A stretch of 64,000 bases of DNA from NCBI GenBank assembly GCA_020854815.1, contig JAHKLW010000043.1:3170-67169 (forward strand), written 5' to 3'. Source of the stretch: Methanofastidiosum sp. Lineage in GTDB: Archaea; Methanobacteriota_B; Thermococci; Methanofastidiosales; Methanofastidiosaceae. This document shows, in pieces, positions 17,054 through 27,289 of the stretch (the stretch's first letter is position 1; every line of letters starts with the position of its first letter). The notes under the pieces are model-generated. The model did no database searches. It worked only from the letters and a program-made list of their open reading frames with translations, and was not told where the DNA came from. Made by a program: the position numbers and the translations under genes.

Positions 17054-17986
17054 TAGTAGCATCAAAGAAAAAGTTGCAATTAAACCGAATAATGTCAAAA
17101 CTAGTACGGCTTCCTGTAGCATCGTATAAACTGATTTTTGAACTTTAGGGGATGAAGTTGTTTGTTCAGCTTTAACTTCAGTATTATTGACTTCAGTTGT
17201 TGGTATCTCAGTCGGAGTGCCATCCAATCTAACAACTTCAACTGTGTTAACTATCATTTTAATTGGAAATTTCAAATAGGTTGATTTATTATTTGCATCT
17301 TTTATTTCTAAATTTAGATAAATTGTGTAATCCCCTGGGACTTCAGGTAATTTAGTGACTAATATATCTTTTTTAGTTAAAGAAGTAATTGCTCCAACAT
17401 CCTCAGTATAATCAATATTAAACTTAGATTTATCGTATTCTATTAGTATAGAAGAACTTTTTACTGCTGCGCCCCTGTTCACTATAAAAAGGGGTAATGT
17501 ATATGGAACTTCTTTTATCTCAAAGCTTCTAACTCTTAAATCAATTATGGGTGTTCTAACGCCTTCTATTTTAAATGGAACTTCTAGTAGAAATCCCTCA
17601 GAAGTATAATCACACTGCACACCCGAACAGTATACCTGGTAAGAGTATTGTGTTGTTACTTTCAATGGATAAGTTCCAGTATCTATTGCTCTAACTGTGT
17701 ATTGAATCTTTTCAACTTTTTTTTGACCAGGTTGTAGTTCTCCATAAATAAACTTATTTTTAGCGAATTCGAAATATTCATCTTTTACATAAATATTAAT
17801 ATTTTTTAGAATGCTATTACTTGTGTTCTCAAATACTAATGTAAATTCTCCGCTATCTCCAGAGTAAAAAGATGGAGTTTTTTCAAAATAAACACTCATT
17901 TTCTCATTTGGTGCAGTTATGCCAGTGATTGAGAATAAGCCAAATCCTAAAAAACTTATAAATATTATGGCATAGAGTTTTCTCAT
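17042..17986 (-). CDS. Secreted/cell-surface protein with signal peptide, Thr-rich linker and C-terminal TM anchor
   Basis: N-terminal hydrophobic signal, TPTEIPTTEV...TTSSP linker, C-terminal LVLTLFGLIATFSLMLLSRR. Confidence 0.5.
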   Translation of the reverse strand: MRKLYAIIFISFLGFGLFSITGITAPNEKMSVYFEKTPSFYSGDSGEFTLVFENTSNSILKNINIYVKDEYFEFAKNKFIYGELQPGQKKVEKIQYTVRAIDTGTYPLKVTTQYSYQVYCSGVQCDYTSEGFLLEVPFKIEGVRTPIIDLRVRSFEIKEVPYTLPLFIVNRGAAVKSSSILIEYDKSKFNIDYTEDVGAITSLTKKDILVTKLPEVPGDYTIYLNLEIKDANNKSTYLKFPIKMIVNTVEVVRLDGTPTEIPTTEVNNTEVKAEQTTSSPKVQKSVYTMLQEAVLVLTLFGLIATFSLMLLSRR

Positions 17987-18039
17987 ATAATAAATAGTTA
18001 ACAGAACATTTTAAAAGCTTTATTCTTATAAGTTATAAA

Positions 18040-18459
18040 ATGAATCCTAATAAATTCGAATATTTCGATGTTACGGCAGATATTGGTGTTAAAGTATGGG
18101 GGTATAATCTTAATGAGATATTCGAAAATGCGGCTATTGCTGTTACAAAATTAATGTTAGATCCTCGTACAATAGAAAAAAAGATAGTAAAAGATTTATT
18201 TATACAAGGGAATGACCTACCTTCTCTATTAGTAAACTGGATTACTGAACTCCTCGTACTTAGAGATAGCGAAGGAATTATTTTTTCATCTTTTAACATA
18301 AACGTTTCAAACGATGGAAGATCGCTTAATGCAATAAGTTATGGAGATTATATCATCGGAAAAAATTTAGAAATGGACATAAAGGCCATCACTTATTCTT
18401 TATTCAAATTGGAAAAAATTGATAAACAATATTATTTACAATTTGTTCTGGATATCTAA
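18040..18459 (+). CDS. Archease
   Basis: FEYFDVTADIG...AAIAV N-terminal signature. Confidence 0.75.
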   Translation: MNPNKFEYFDVTADIGVKVWGYNLNEIFENAAIAVTKLMLDPRTIEKKIVKDLFIQGNDLPSLLVNWITELLVLRDSEGIIFSSFNINVSNDGRSLNAISYGDYIIGKNLEMDIKAITYSLFKLEKIDKQYYLQFVLDI

Positions 18460-18584
18460 TAGTATGTGATAAATAAACTAATAGTTTATACTAGTTTTAG
18501 GAAATATTACAGCGATTAAAGAAGTTTTTTTTATATAATAGAAAAACTTTTATATTTGAATAATCTATAATATATGGTGATATT

Positions 18585-19097
18585 ATGGCTGAATTAATAA
18601 AGAAGATATTGGTTCCAGTAGATGGATCTAAAATTTCGGAGAAAGCTCTAGAATATGCGTCTTGGGTGGCAGGCAAAACAGGGGCACAAGTTACTCTGTT
18701 ACACGTAGTAGACGCAGATAAATTAAAACTGACATATGAGGCAATGGATAAATTCTTGCCCGAGTGGAAAGATAAAGTTAAAGGTGACGACATAAAAAGA
18801 TACTCTCCATTCTTTGAGGAACAGCTTAGCTGTATGATGGAAGATCCGTTGTGTAAGAGAGGAAACAATGTATTGAAAGAAATGACAAAGTATGCAGAAA
18901 AAAATGGATTGAAGGTCAAGACAATTCTAAAGATGGGAAGAGTTGTAGATACAATAGTCCAGACAGCAGATGATGAACATACTGACCACATTATTATGGG
19001 AAAAACAGGCCTCACAGGTATAAAGAGATTGGCTATGGGTCATGTGGCAGAAGACGTGGCCAAATACGCAGGCGTCAGAGTCACTCTTGTTCCTTAA
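18585..19097 (+). CDS. Universal stress protein (UspA family)
   Basis: ILVPVDGS...LHVV...IIMGKTGLTGIKRLAMGHVAEDV. Confidence 0.8.
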   Translation: MAELIKKILVPVDGSKISEKALEYASWVAGKTGAQVTLLHVVDADKLKLTYEAMDKFLPEWKDKVKGDDIKRYSPFFEEQLSCMMEDPLCKRGNNVLKEMTKYAEKNGLKVKTILKMGRVVDTIVQTADDEHTDHIIMGKTGLTGIKRLAMGHVAEDVAKYAGVRVTLVP

Positions 19098-19194
19098 ATT
19101 ACAATAATTTTAGTTTTTTTATAAATTATTCTATTTTATAAAAATTGTATAATTTATTGTAGGTAGTATTATATAGACCAAAGTTTATTTATTA

Positions 19195-19956
19195 ATGATG
19201 ATAGATCCAATATTATTAGCTCCTGTGGCCGCTATATTGTTATTCATTTTAGCGGGTATCCGAGTGATAAAGCAATATGAAAGAGCCGTTAAATTTAGAT
19301 TAGGTAAATTTGTAGGTATACTAGGGCCAGGATTAAAATGGATAATTCCTGGTGTAGACAGAATAGAAAAAGTAGATTTAAGGGTGGTCACCGTAGATAT
19401 ACCTGCTCAGGAAGTCATATCTAAAGATAATGTTCCAATGAAGGTGAACGGAGTAGTCTTCTTTAAAGTTACAAATGCTGACAAGGCTATACTAGAAGTT
19501 GAACAGTATAAATTTGCGATATCTCAGCTTTCGCAATCTGCACTGAGGGATATGGCAGGAAAATCTGACCTAGATACAATTCTTGCCAAGAGGGAAGAAA
19601 TAGGTGAAAAGATAAGAGCAATTGTAGATATTGAGACTGACCCATGGGGAATAAAAGTAACAGATGTAAAAATAAAAGATATAGAACTTCCAGACAATAT
19701 GAAAAGGGCGATGGCACATCAAGCAGAAGCTGAAAGAGATAGAAGGGCAAGAATAATTCTTGCAGAAGCAGAAGAACAGGCTGCACAAAGATTGGCAAAT
19801 GCAGGTGACATAATAGACAAATCACCAGCTGCATTAAAGTTAAGATTGTATCAAACTTTAGCTGAAATAGCTTCTGAGAAAAACTCTACAATAGTATTTC
19901 CATTTCCTGAAGAAATGATGGAATTCCTACAAAAAAAGAGAGAACAGAAAAAATAA
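19195..19956 (+). CDS. SPFH/band-7 (stomatin/prohibitin-like) membrane protein
   Basis: N-terminal TM, YERAVKFRLGK, coiled-coil AEAERDRRARIILAEAEEQAA. Confidence 0.85.
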   Translation: MMIDPILLAPVAAILLFILAGIRVIKQYERAVKFRLGKFVGILGPGLKWIIPGVDRIEKVDLRVVTVDIPAQEVISKDNVPMKVNGVVFFKVTNADKAILEVEQYKFAISQLSQSALRDMAGKSDLDTILAKREEIGEKIRAIVDIETDPWGIKVTDVKIKDIELPDNMKRAMAHQAEAERDRRARIILAEAEEQAAQRLANAGDIIDKSPAALKLRLYQTLAEIASEKNSTIVFPFPEEMMEFLQKKREQKK

Positions 19957-19972
19957 TCTAATGTAGATTTCA

Positions 19973-20233
19973 ATGGAATTTGAAGTTGGAAAGAAATACC
20001 GGATTATCAAAGAAGGCAGTTCAATATCCTGGACAGAAACTAATTGCGTGCCAGAATTTAAGACAATCACTAAAGAATTGAAGTTAGGGGAAGTTGTAGA
20101 ATATAAAGGAAAAAAGGATTTTCCGGGATGCGATGTTTCATACGACATATTTGGAATAGGCCAGAATGAAGGTGTATTTTGGCCAAATCAATTTGGCGGA
20201 GCAAAGACGGAGTTCTTTAAGAAAATTATTTAA
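19973..20233 (+). CDS. Hypothetical protein
   Basis: 86 aa. Confidence 0.35.
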   Translation: MEFEVGKKYRIIKEGSSISWTETNCVPEFKTITKELKLGEVVEYKGKKDFPGCDVSYDIFGIGQNEGVFWPNQFGGAKTEFFKKII

Positions 20234-20318
20234 TTTATTTTTTATTTTTTGGTTTAGAAAAAGATTCATTTTTTTAAAGGCCAATATTTAAAAATAAGGA
20301 ATAGTAACAAAATTTCGA

Positions 20319-20906
20319 GTGACGATGAAATATTATAATAAAAACGAACTTCTAAAGAAAATTATATACAAGTTTGCAAGGAAAAGGGCAGAAATAATAT
20401 ATAATGCGCTTGAAGGATTTATAAGAAAAGAAGAGATAATCTTAGATGTTGGTTGCGGTAGTTGTAATATAATAGAAATTTTAAAAGAAAGGAATTACAA
20501 TGTTGTTCCCCTAGATATAGGCGATAATAGCATTATAGAAGGAATTAATCCAGTAGTATACGATGGAGAAAAAATGCCGTTTAAGGAAAATACTTTTGAT
20601 AAAAGTATGATATTGGCGGTACTACATCATACCAATCAACAAAAGATATTAATTAAGGAAGTAATGAGAGTAACGAAGAAAAGAATAATAATCATAGAAG
20701 ATGTATATACAAATAAAATCGATAAATTAGTAACAAAATTTGTAGACAGCTTAATAAATCTTGAATTTAATGGGATTCAGTCAAATAGAACTGATTCCGA
20801 ATGGAGAAATTTCTTTAATACAAATGGATTAAGAATCGTAAATGTCAAATTCCTGAAAAGATATCTAGTTTTTAAACCAGTAATTTATGAATTAGAAATA
20901 AAGTAG
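20319..20906 (+). CDS. Class I SAM-dependent methyltransferase
   Basis: ILDVGCGSCNI motif I. Confidence 0.6.
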   Translation: MTMKYYNKNELLKKIIYKFARKRAEIIYNALEGFIRKEEIILDVGCGSCNIIEILKERNYNVVPLDIGDNSIIEGINPVVYDGEKMPFKENTFDKSMILAVLHHTNQQKILIKEVMRVTKKRIIIIEDVYTNKIDKLVTKFVDSLINLEFNGIQSNRTDSEWRNFFNTNGLRIVNVKFLKRYLVFKPVIYELEIK

Positions 20907-20910
20907 ATTT

Positions 20911-21909
20911 TTAGATCTTAGCCCCAAGATACTCAAATATTTCTTTTTCAAAATCTTTTGATATACGCATAGTAAGTATATCCCCCTCTTCAATCTTAGT
21001 ATCAGCTCTTGGAGAGTTAAGATATTTATCCCCTCTTTTAACATAAAGAATATATGCTCCAAAAGTCTCACCAAGTTTTGTTTCTTTTATGGTAAGACCT
21101 TTTACTTTCGAATCTTTTTCTATTTTAACACTGATAAACTCTGTAGTAATGTCCCCTTCCTCTGTTACGGAATCCATGAAATCTATTATAAAAGGTCTTG
21201 TTAGAGATTCTGCCATTATACGGGCCCCTATGTCATCAGGCATTATCACTCTATTTGCCCCTATCTGATACAATTTTTCTCTTACTTTATCTGAAGACCC
21301 TCTGGCAACAATATGTAAATTAGGATTTAAAGATCTTGCAGTTATAACAATATAGACATTTTCAGCATCATCTAAGACTGTTGTTACAAGCCCTTTTGCC
21401 TTAGTTATCCCCGCTTCATTTAATATCTTCTCGTCTGTTGCGTCGCCTTCAATATAAGGTATGTTAGCAAGTTTAATTTTATCACAACTATCTTTATTTT
21501 TTTCGATAACTACGATATCAAATTTTTTTGATTCTTTTAATCTCTTAGCAATTCTTTCGCCGACATTTCCATATCCACAAATAATATAATGATTTTTCAT
21601 TTTTTTTAATGATGATTCCATTTTTCGCCACCCATAAATATTTTTTAATTCTCCCTCTACAATAAAATTGACAATAAATGTTAAAGTGTACAAGACTATT
21701 CCTATTCCGCCAAACATTATAAAGAGACTAAATATCTTGCTTAAACTAGAATTTGGATGAAGATCTCCGTAACCAACTGTTGAAATGGTAGAACTTGTTA
21801 AATAAAGAGAGTCTAAAAAAGATAATCCCTCGATATAATGAAATCCTATTGTTCCCAAAACAATTAAGAATATTGGTCCAATTAAAACAAAAATAAACTT
21901 TTTATTCAC
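20911..21909 (-). CDS. K+ channel with RCK/TrkA-N domain (MthK-like)
   Basis: TVGYGD selectivity filter, two TM segments, Rossmann HYIICGYGNVGERIAKRL. Confidence 0.8.
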   Translation of the reverse strand: MNKKFIFVLIGPIFLIVLGTIGFHYIEGLSFLDSLYLTSSTISTVGYGDLHPNSSLSKIFSLFIMFGGIGIVLYTLTFIVNFIVEGELKNIYGWRKMESSLKKMKNHYIICGYGNVGERIAKRLKESKKFDIVVIEKNKDSCDKIKLANIPYIEGDATDEKILNEAGITKAKGLVTTVLDDAENVYIVITARSLNPNLHIVARGSSDKVREKLYQIGANRVIMPDDIGARIMAESLTRPFIIDFMDSVTEEGDITTEFISVKIEKDSKVKGLTIKETKLGETFGAYILYVKRGDKYLNSPRADTKIEEGDILTMRISKDFEKEIFEYLGAKI

Positions 21910-21981
21910 GATATTATTGTTATATTCATATATTTAAATTTGTTATGACTAAGGGATAAGTTTTTAATTAAAAAAAAACAG

Positions 21982-22440
21982 TTGCATACTATGCCAAGAG
22001 CAAGAAAAAAAAGATGCATTTATTTGGATACAAATGCTCGTTATTTTAAGCCAAGGGGGGTCCCCCTTGAACAACTTGACATTATTAGACTTACATTTGA
22101 AGAGCTTGAGGCTATTAGGCTAAAAGATTTGATTGGATTAGAACAGACCGAAGCTTCTGAAAAAATGGGAATTTCACAGCCGACGTTTCATAGAATCCTA
22201 AAAGAAGCTAGAAACAAAGTTTCTGAAGCTTTAGTTAATTCTAAGGCTATTGAAATTTTTGGTGGCGACTATGAAATGGGAAATGATCAATTTAGATGTA
22301 TAAATTGTGGCCATTTCTGGGAGACGGATACTGACTCTAAAGAAGATGCCATAAGATGTCCAAAATGTAATGGAACAAATGTCAAAAACATTAATAGTTG
22401 CATCCACAACTGCGAAGGGATAAAATCCAATAAAATATAG
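21982..22440 (+). CDS. DUF134/UPF0251-family DNA-binding protein with C-terminal Zn ribbon
   Basis: HTH QTEASEKMGISQPTFHRIL and CINCG...CPKCNG. Confidence 0.55.
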   Translation: MHTMPRARKKRCIYLDTNARYFKPRGVPLEQLDIIRLTFEELEAIRLKDLIGLEQTEASEKMGISQPTFHRILKEARNKVSEALVNSKAIEIFGGDYEMGNDQFRCINCGHFWETDTDSKEDAIRCPKCNGTNVKNINSCIHNCEGIKSNKI

Positions 22441-22478
22441 AATAGAGTAAAACAAATTTTGAATTATAAGGTAAGTAT

Positions 22479-22847
22479 ATGAAAGTTGCAATACCTACAG
22501 ATTCAAAAGGTGGTCTTTCAGATACCGTTTTCAATCATTTTGGTATGGCTCCAACTTACACAGTTATTGAAATAAATGAAAACAAAGTTGGAAATTTAGA
22601 AGTAATAGATAATACTAGTGACCATTTTGGGGGTTCTGAAAGTCCTGTTGAATTACTTCTTAAAAGGAATGTGGGAATTGTAATTTGCTCTAATCTAGGA
22701 CCTCGTGCTATGGAAGTTCTAACTTGTCAAGGATTTGATCTCTTTTTTACAAAAAGAGAAAAAGTTCAGGACGTCATTAACAAATTTATTAAAGGGGAAT
22801 TAGAAAGATTTTCTGGCGAGAAAATCTCCTGTAGCGCCCATAAATAA
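22479..22847 (+). CDS. NifX/NafY-like dinitrogenase FeMo-cofactor-binding domain protein
   Basis: MKVAIPTD...FGMAP...IVICSNLGPRAMEVL pattern. Typical partner of DUF134. Confidence 0.65.
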   Translation: MKVAIPTDSKGGLSDTVFNHFGMAPTYTVIEINENKVGNLEVIDNTSDHFGGSESPVELLLKRNVGIVICSNLGPRAMEVLTCQGFDLFFTKREKVQDVINKFIKGELERFSGEKISCSAHK

Positions 22848-23444
22848 TTATTCGAATTTATGATTCCTTATCTTTTTAATCCAATAATTTGAATAAATAG
22901 CCCCTACGGGATTATGTGCTAGAACTCTATCTTTTACTATGAGTACAGTAGTTGGAGCTTTTGAATATTTAATAAATAATGAATCATGACCCACGCATAG
23001 CCCTACGACTATATTGAATTCAGTTTCTTCTTTTTCTAATAATCTAGCTTGGCCAACGGGATTACATGAAGATTCGCTTAGTTTTCCGGATAGAGTTTTA
23101 CTAACTCCAAATTCTCCCTTTCCGATACCACATGTTTTACATATGGCAAGGGAAACTTCAAATCCTTTTTCTTCAAGTAAATCCGTGAGAGTTTGAGATT
23201 CATTTTTTAAGCCGACACAAGATGCGATTCCAAGTTTTTTGTAATTCATTCTTTTAGAAAATTCAATTAATTCCAATACTCGAGGCATTTTCATATATGC
23301 ATCGACTTCAAGTTCAGTTGAAGTAATGTAAAAATTGAGATTTTCTTCTTTTCTTATTTCTTTTTCGGCATATTTTCTTATTTCTTTATCATAGCAGTTA
23401 ATGCCGTCCATACAGAACGAGTCTTCACAATCATTGCATCTCAT
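22848..23444 (-). CDS. DUF1847-like Cys-rich metal-binding protein
   Basis: CKTCGIGK...CNPVGQA...VVGLCVGHD pattern. Confidence 0.45.
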   Translation of the reverse strand: MRCNDCEDSFCMDGINCYDKEIRKYAEKEIRKEENLNFYITSTELEVDAYMKMPRVLELIEFSKRMNYKKLGIASCVGLKNESQTLTDLLEEKGFEVSLAICKTCGIGKGEFGVSKTLSGKLSESSCNPVGQARLLEKEETEFNIVVGLCVGHDSLFIKYSKAPTTVLIVKDRVLAHNPVGAIYSNYWIKKIRNHKFE

Positions 23445-23479
23445 AAAAAGAGATAAAGAAACTAATTTAAAAAAGTTAC

Positions 23480-24451
23480 TTATTTTATGCCCGTAATTAT
23501 GTCTGTTTTAAAATCGAATAGAGTCTTTGTTTTATTTTTATCGACCAAACTCATTGTGTTGTCATTTGTAACTTTTCCTATAACTCTAGCTTCAATTTTT
23601 TGCTGTTTAAAAAGATTTAGTATTTTGTCTGTATTCTCAGGAGTTGAAGTCAAAGTGAATCCATAGCCAGGGTATATTTTTAACCAGTCTATAAAATCCA
23701 TATTTTCTGGCCTTTGTATATCGTCAATATTGATAATTGCCCCTTTTCTTGAGGTTTCGAGAAGCATTCCAATTGTACCCAGTATTCCTGGATTAGAGAT
23801 ATCTTTAGCTGCAAACGAAAGTTCTTTTTCAGCTATTTCGTTCATTATACTAAGCTTTGATATGCACTCTTCAGAAGATTTTTTTAGGGTGGTGTCCCAG
23901 TTAAGAAAATTGTTATAGCGTCGACCGTCCATATCCATTGCTAGTATTATATCTTCTCCTTCTTTTGCAGAGAAGCTTGAAAGTATCTTTGATGTATTTC
24001 CCATTATTGAGACAGATACTGTTGTTGTTTCAGTATCTGGATGAAGGTGTCCCCCCACCATCGGAACTTTAAATTTGTCACAGCCTGTCTTAATTCCTTC
24101 AAGTAAATCCTTACAGTTATCAGTCTTTTTTAAAGACATAATATTGACCATAGCGATGGGTTTACCCCCCATTGCATAGATATCATTTACATTTACAAGT
24201 ACGGCACAATATCCTGCCCAGAAAAGATCATTTAAGAGATTTGCCCAAATTCCGTCTGCGGCAAAAAGAAGATAATTACCTTCAGCTTTTAAAACAGCGG
24301 CGTCGTCACCAAAATCAATAATAGTATTTCCATAATTAGAAAAGGGTTTGAATTGATTAATTAGATGCTTAATTGGATTTTTTCTTTTAACACCCTCGTA
24401 GTTTCGAATTTCCTGAACAATTCTGTTTAGGTCTGTCATACTTTTCAACAT
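23480..24451 (-). CDS. AIR synthase-related (PurM-like) protein, resembles methanogen marker protein 2 subfamily
   Basis: DFGDDAAV...ADG and MVGGHLHPD PurM-fold motifs. Confidence 0.6.
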   Translation of the reverse strand: MLKSMTDLNRIVQEIRNYEGVKRKNPIKHLINQFKPFSNYGNTIIDFGDDAAVLKAEGNYLLFAADGIWANLLNDLFWAGYCAVLVNVNDIYAMGGKPIAMVNIMSLKKTDNCKDLLEGIKTGCDKFKVPMVGGHLHPDTETTTVSVSIMGNTSKILSSFSAKEGEDIILAMDMDGRRYNNFLNWDTTLKKSSEECISKLSIMNEIAEKELSFAAKDISNPGILGTIGMLLETSRKGAIINIDDIQRPENMDFIDWLKIYPGYGFTLTSTPENTDKILNLFKQQKIEARVIGKVTNDNTMSLVDKNKTKTLFDFKTDIITGIK

Positions 24452-24483
24452 GCGGTTAAAGACTAATTTATTTATAAAAGTTG

Positions 24484-25044
24484 TTATTTCAAAATGCTTT
24501 CCATAAATTTTCTAATCTCTGTAGGTGTAGAAGACTCGAGGCCATAAATTTGAGAAAATTTGGGTGTTGTTTTAAGGATCTTTGTTTTACCACAAGGCTC
24601 CGCATCTAATAGCCCTGCTTCAACTAAGATTTTGACATGTTCGTAACACTGACTTCCCCTATATTTGACTAAATCTGATTTTTTTAGAGGTTGTTTGTAT
24701 GCTATAATTGCCAAAGTTTTTAGAACTGCCCCTCTTATTTCTGATTTTGGGGCAAAATCAGCAGTTAATAAGGAATACTCATTTCTTACTTGCATAGTAT
24801 ATCTGTCCTCTAAAGCCCTAACTACTTCAAGAGAACTTCCTCTATCCTTATAGTCTTTAGAAAGATTTTCAATCAAACCCTCTACATATTCCCTATCTTT
24901 CACACCAAGTTTTTTTAACAGCTTAGATATGGGGACAGGTTCACCTGAAATGAAAAGAATTGCCTCAATAGAAGCCTTGTCCTTTGCTATGTCCATATAC
25001 TTCATATATTTCATATATTTAAATGGTTTGCAGGTTATGCCCAA
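24484..25044 (-). CDS. scpB: Segregation and condensation protein B
   Basis: ASIEAILFISGEPV and RGAVLKTLAIIAYKQP wHTH pair. Likely true start is MDIAKD at about 24996. Confidence 0.7.
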   Translation of the reverse strand: MGITCKPFKYMKYMKYMDIAKDKASIEAILFISGEPVPISKLLKKLGVKDREYVEGLIENLSKDYKDRGSSLEVVRALEDRYTMQVRNEYSLLTADFAPKSEIRGAVLKTLAIIAYKQPLKKSDLVKYRGSQCYEHVKILVEAGLLDAEPCGKTKILKTTPKFSQIYGLESSTPTEIRKFMESILK

Positions 25045-25103
25045 TAAATCGAAATATAAGAAACTTTTTTAATGTCCTAACCTTTGTTTAATTAGGTGTA
25101 GAG

Positions 25104-26378
25104 ATGGAATTAGAAGAAATTACTCATAAAACAACGAAGCTTATAGATTCAGATGGGGAAATTTTTGCGCAGAAAATAAAAGTTATTTCTTACGATATTG
25201 AAAAAAATAATGTAGAGATTGGCGAAGAAAAAGAGACTATAGGTATAGGCGTAAGAGTAGTTGAGGGGAAAAAACAGGGATTTTCGTTTACAAACAATAT
25301 AAATAACCTAGAAGAATGTGTTAAGACAGCATACAAAGTTCTGAAAGTATCTAGAGATAGGGAAGATTTTACTGGTCTGCCTACTCCAAAGGAAATAAAA
25401 AAGAGAAATCTTGTCGACAAATCTTTGTATTCCATAACTTCTGAAGATTTGATGACTTTCTCAATGGACATGATTAAAGGCTGTGAGGAAAAAGGAGGAA
25501 CACCATCATCTGGAAGCACGAATCTTACATTTCACGAAGAAAACATTTCGACATCGACCGGCATCTCATTAAGTCAGAAATATGTCACGCTTTTTGGTTA
25601 CATATCCGCTATTTACAAGAATGGTGATGTATCCACAGGATTTGATTATAATATTATGAGAAGTAAATTTGAGTTTGCCTCCATCGGAGAAAAGGCTGCG
25701 TTTAAAGCTAAAGAAACTAGCAATGCCAAAAAAATCCAATCTATGAACTGTGATGTCATTTTAGAACCTGAAGCAGTTTCTTCATTGCTTTCAAATACTT
25801 TTATTTCTCATCTTTTTGCTGAAAGTGTGGATAAGAATAGAAGTTTTTTAAAAGGAAAAATTGGGGAAAAAATAACTGACCTTACTATGATAGATGACGG
25901 CACTATTGATTATGGCGTGGCTTCTTCCGAATTTGATGGAGATGGAAATCCGACTAAACGAAATATTGTCTTAGAGAAAGGGGTGTTGAAAGAATATCTT
26001 TATGACGATTTTTATGCAAAAAAGTTTGGGGTTGAATCTACTGGAAACTCCGAAAGAGATTATAAATCTCTCCCTTCTATTAGCACTACTAACTTCATTA
26101 TCGAAGGCAATAGAATAGAAGGAATAAAAGAAGGATTTATCATTAATGAACTGAGGGGCGCTCATACTGCAAATCCAATTTCTGGAGATTTCTCCGTTGA
26201 AATTTCCAGTGGTTTTTACATAAAAAATGGGGAGAAAGTTCATCCAATAAAACATGGGATGATAGCGGGGAATGTATTTAATCTTTTGAGCAAAGTTAAA
26301 GGAGTTTACGGGGATATTAAAAATACAGGCGGGATGATTACTCCATCTATTGTTTCAGAAGCTAAGGTGATAGGATGA
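25104..26378 (+). CDS. TldD/PmbA family metallopeptidase
   Basis: 424 aa, with GDGNPT...GN and HTANPISGDFS C-terminal family motifs. Confidence 0.8.
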   Translation: MELEEITHKTTKLIDSDGEIFAQKIKVISYDIEKNNVEIGEEKETIGIGVRVVEGKKQGFSFTNNINNLEECVKTAYKVLKVSRDREDFTGLPTPKEIKKRNLVDKSLYSITSEDLMTFSMDMIKGCEEKGGTPSSGSTNLTFHEENISTSTGISLSQKYVTLFGYISAIYKNGDVSTGFDYNIMRSKFEFASIGEKAAFKAKETSNAKKIQSMNCDVILEPEAVSSLLSNTFISHLFAESVDKNRSFLKGKIGEKITDLTMIDDGTIDYGVASSEFDGDGNPTKRNIVLEKGVLKEYLYDDFYAKKFGVESTGNSERDYKSLPSISTTNFIIEGNRIEGIKEGFIINELRGAHTANPISGDFSVEISSGFYIKNGEKVHPIKHGMIAGNVFNLLSKVKGVYGDIKNTGGMITPSIVSEAKVIG

Positions 26379-26902
26379 TAGCTGTTGTAGGTATGCCCGG
26401 ATCAGGAAAAAGTGAATTTGTCAATGTAGCTCTAAGCTTAGGTTACAGATTCATATCTATGGGGGATATAGTACGAGAAGAAACTGTGAAGAGGGGTTAC
26501 CCACTTGAAGAAAGTGGAAAAGTAGCACAAATGCTTAGAGATAAAGAAGGGCTTGATGCAATAGCTGTTTTAACTTTAGATAAAATTAGAGAAACTCATT
26601 ACACCAAATTTTTAATTGAAGGCATAAGAGGTATAAAAGAAATTGAAAGATTTAGAAATGAAATTGATTTTACACTAGTTGGTATACATTCTTCACCGCA
26701 TATACGATTTGAAAGATTAAAAAACAGAGGGCGAGAAGATGACCCAAAAATCATTGAAGATTTTCATAAAAGAGATTTACGAGAGCTATCGTGGGGATTA
26801 GGTGAAGCTCTTGCACTATCAGATTTTATAATAGATAATAATGGCACCTTAGAAGAATATAGAGCCAATATTGATAAGGTGATAAAAAAATATGAGCTTT
26901 AA
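26375..26902 (+). CDS. P-loop nucleotide kinase, UPF0200 family (dephospho-CoA kinase/adenylate kinase-like)
   Basis: Walker A VVGMPGSGKSEF. Confidence 0.55.
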   Translation: MIAVVGMPGSGKSEFVNVALSLGYRFISMGDIVREETVKRGYPLEESGKVAQMLRDKEGLDAIAVLTLDKIRETHYTKFLIEGIRGIKEIERFRNEIDFTLVGIHSSPHIRFERLKNRGREDDPKIIEDFHKRDLRELSWGLGEALALSDFIIDNNGTLEEYRANIDKVIKKYEL

Positions 26903-27269
26903 ATTAAAAGTATTCGCCGAGGTAAAATCAACAGAAACCAATGAAAAGGTAAAAAGATCGATATTAAATATTTTTCCAGATATCAATATCGAAGAAAAAG
27001 AAAAAGAAATTATTGGTTATTCTGAAGATGATGGGGTTCTTTCAAGATTTATCGAATTAGTATATTCTGAAGCAATTAGGGATAGTGTGAATATGGTATT
27101 AAAGGAGGGTACACAAGGTGCGAAAATATCATTTTCTGTGAATAAGCAAGCTGCTTTTGCAGGTAGGGTAAATCTATCTCGAGTATCCCCACTGGGATCC
27201 ATTAAAGTAAAAATCTATGTGGATGATCCTTATGATTTCATCGATAAAATAGTTCCTAAAACACTTTGA
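26892..27269 (+). CDS. UPF0201-like protein (partner of UPF0200)
   Basis: 125 aa, coupled to the upstream kinase. Confidence 0.4.
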   Translation: MSFKLKVFAEVKSTETNEKVKRSILNIFPDINIEEKEKEIIGYSEDDGVLSRFIELVYSEAIRDSVNMVLKEGTQGAKISFSVNKQAAFAGRVNLSRVSPLGSIKVKIYVDDPYDFIDKIVPKTL

Positions 27270-27289
27270 TTTAAAGTATTATTTTTAAA

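Noticed and set aside
19487-19834. Minus-strand ORFs inside the stomatin-like gene
   Set aside because: Leu/Phe-rich antisense shadows of a well-supported SPFH gene.
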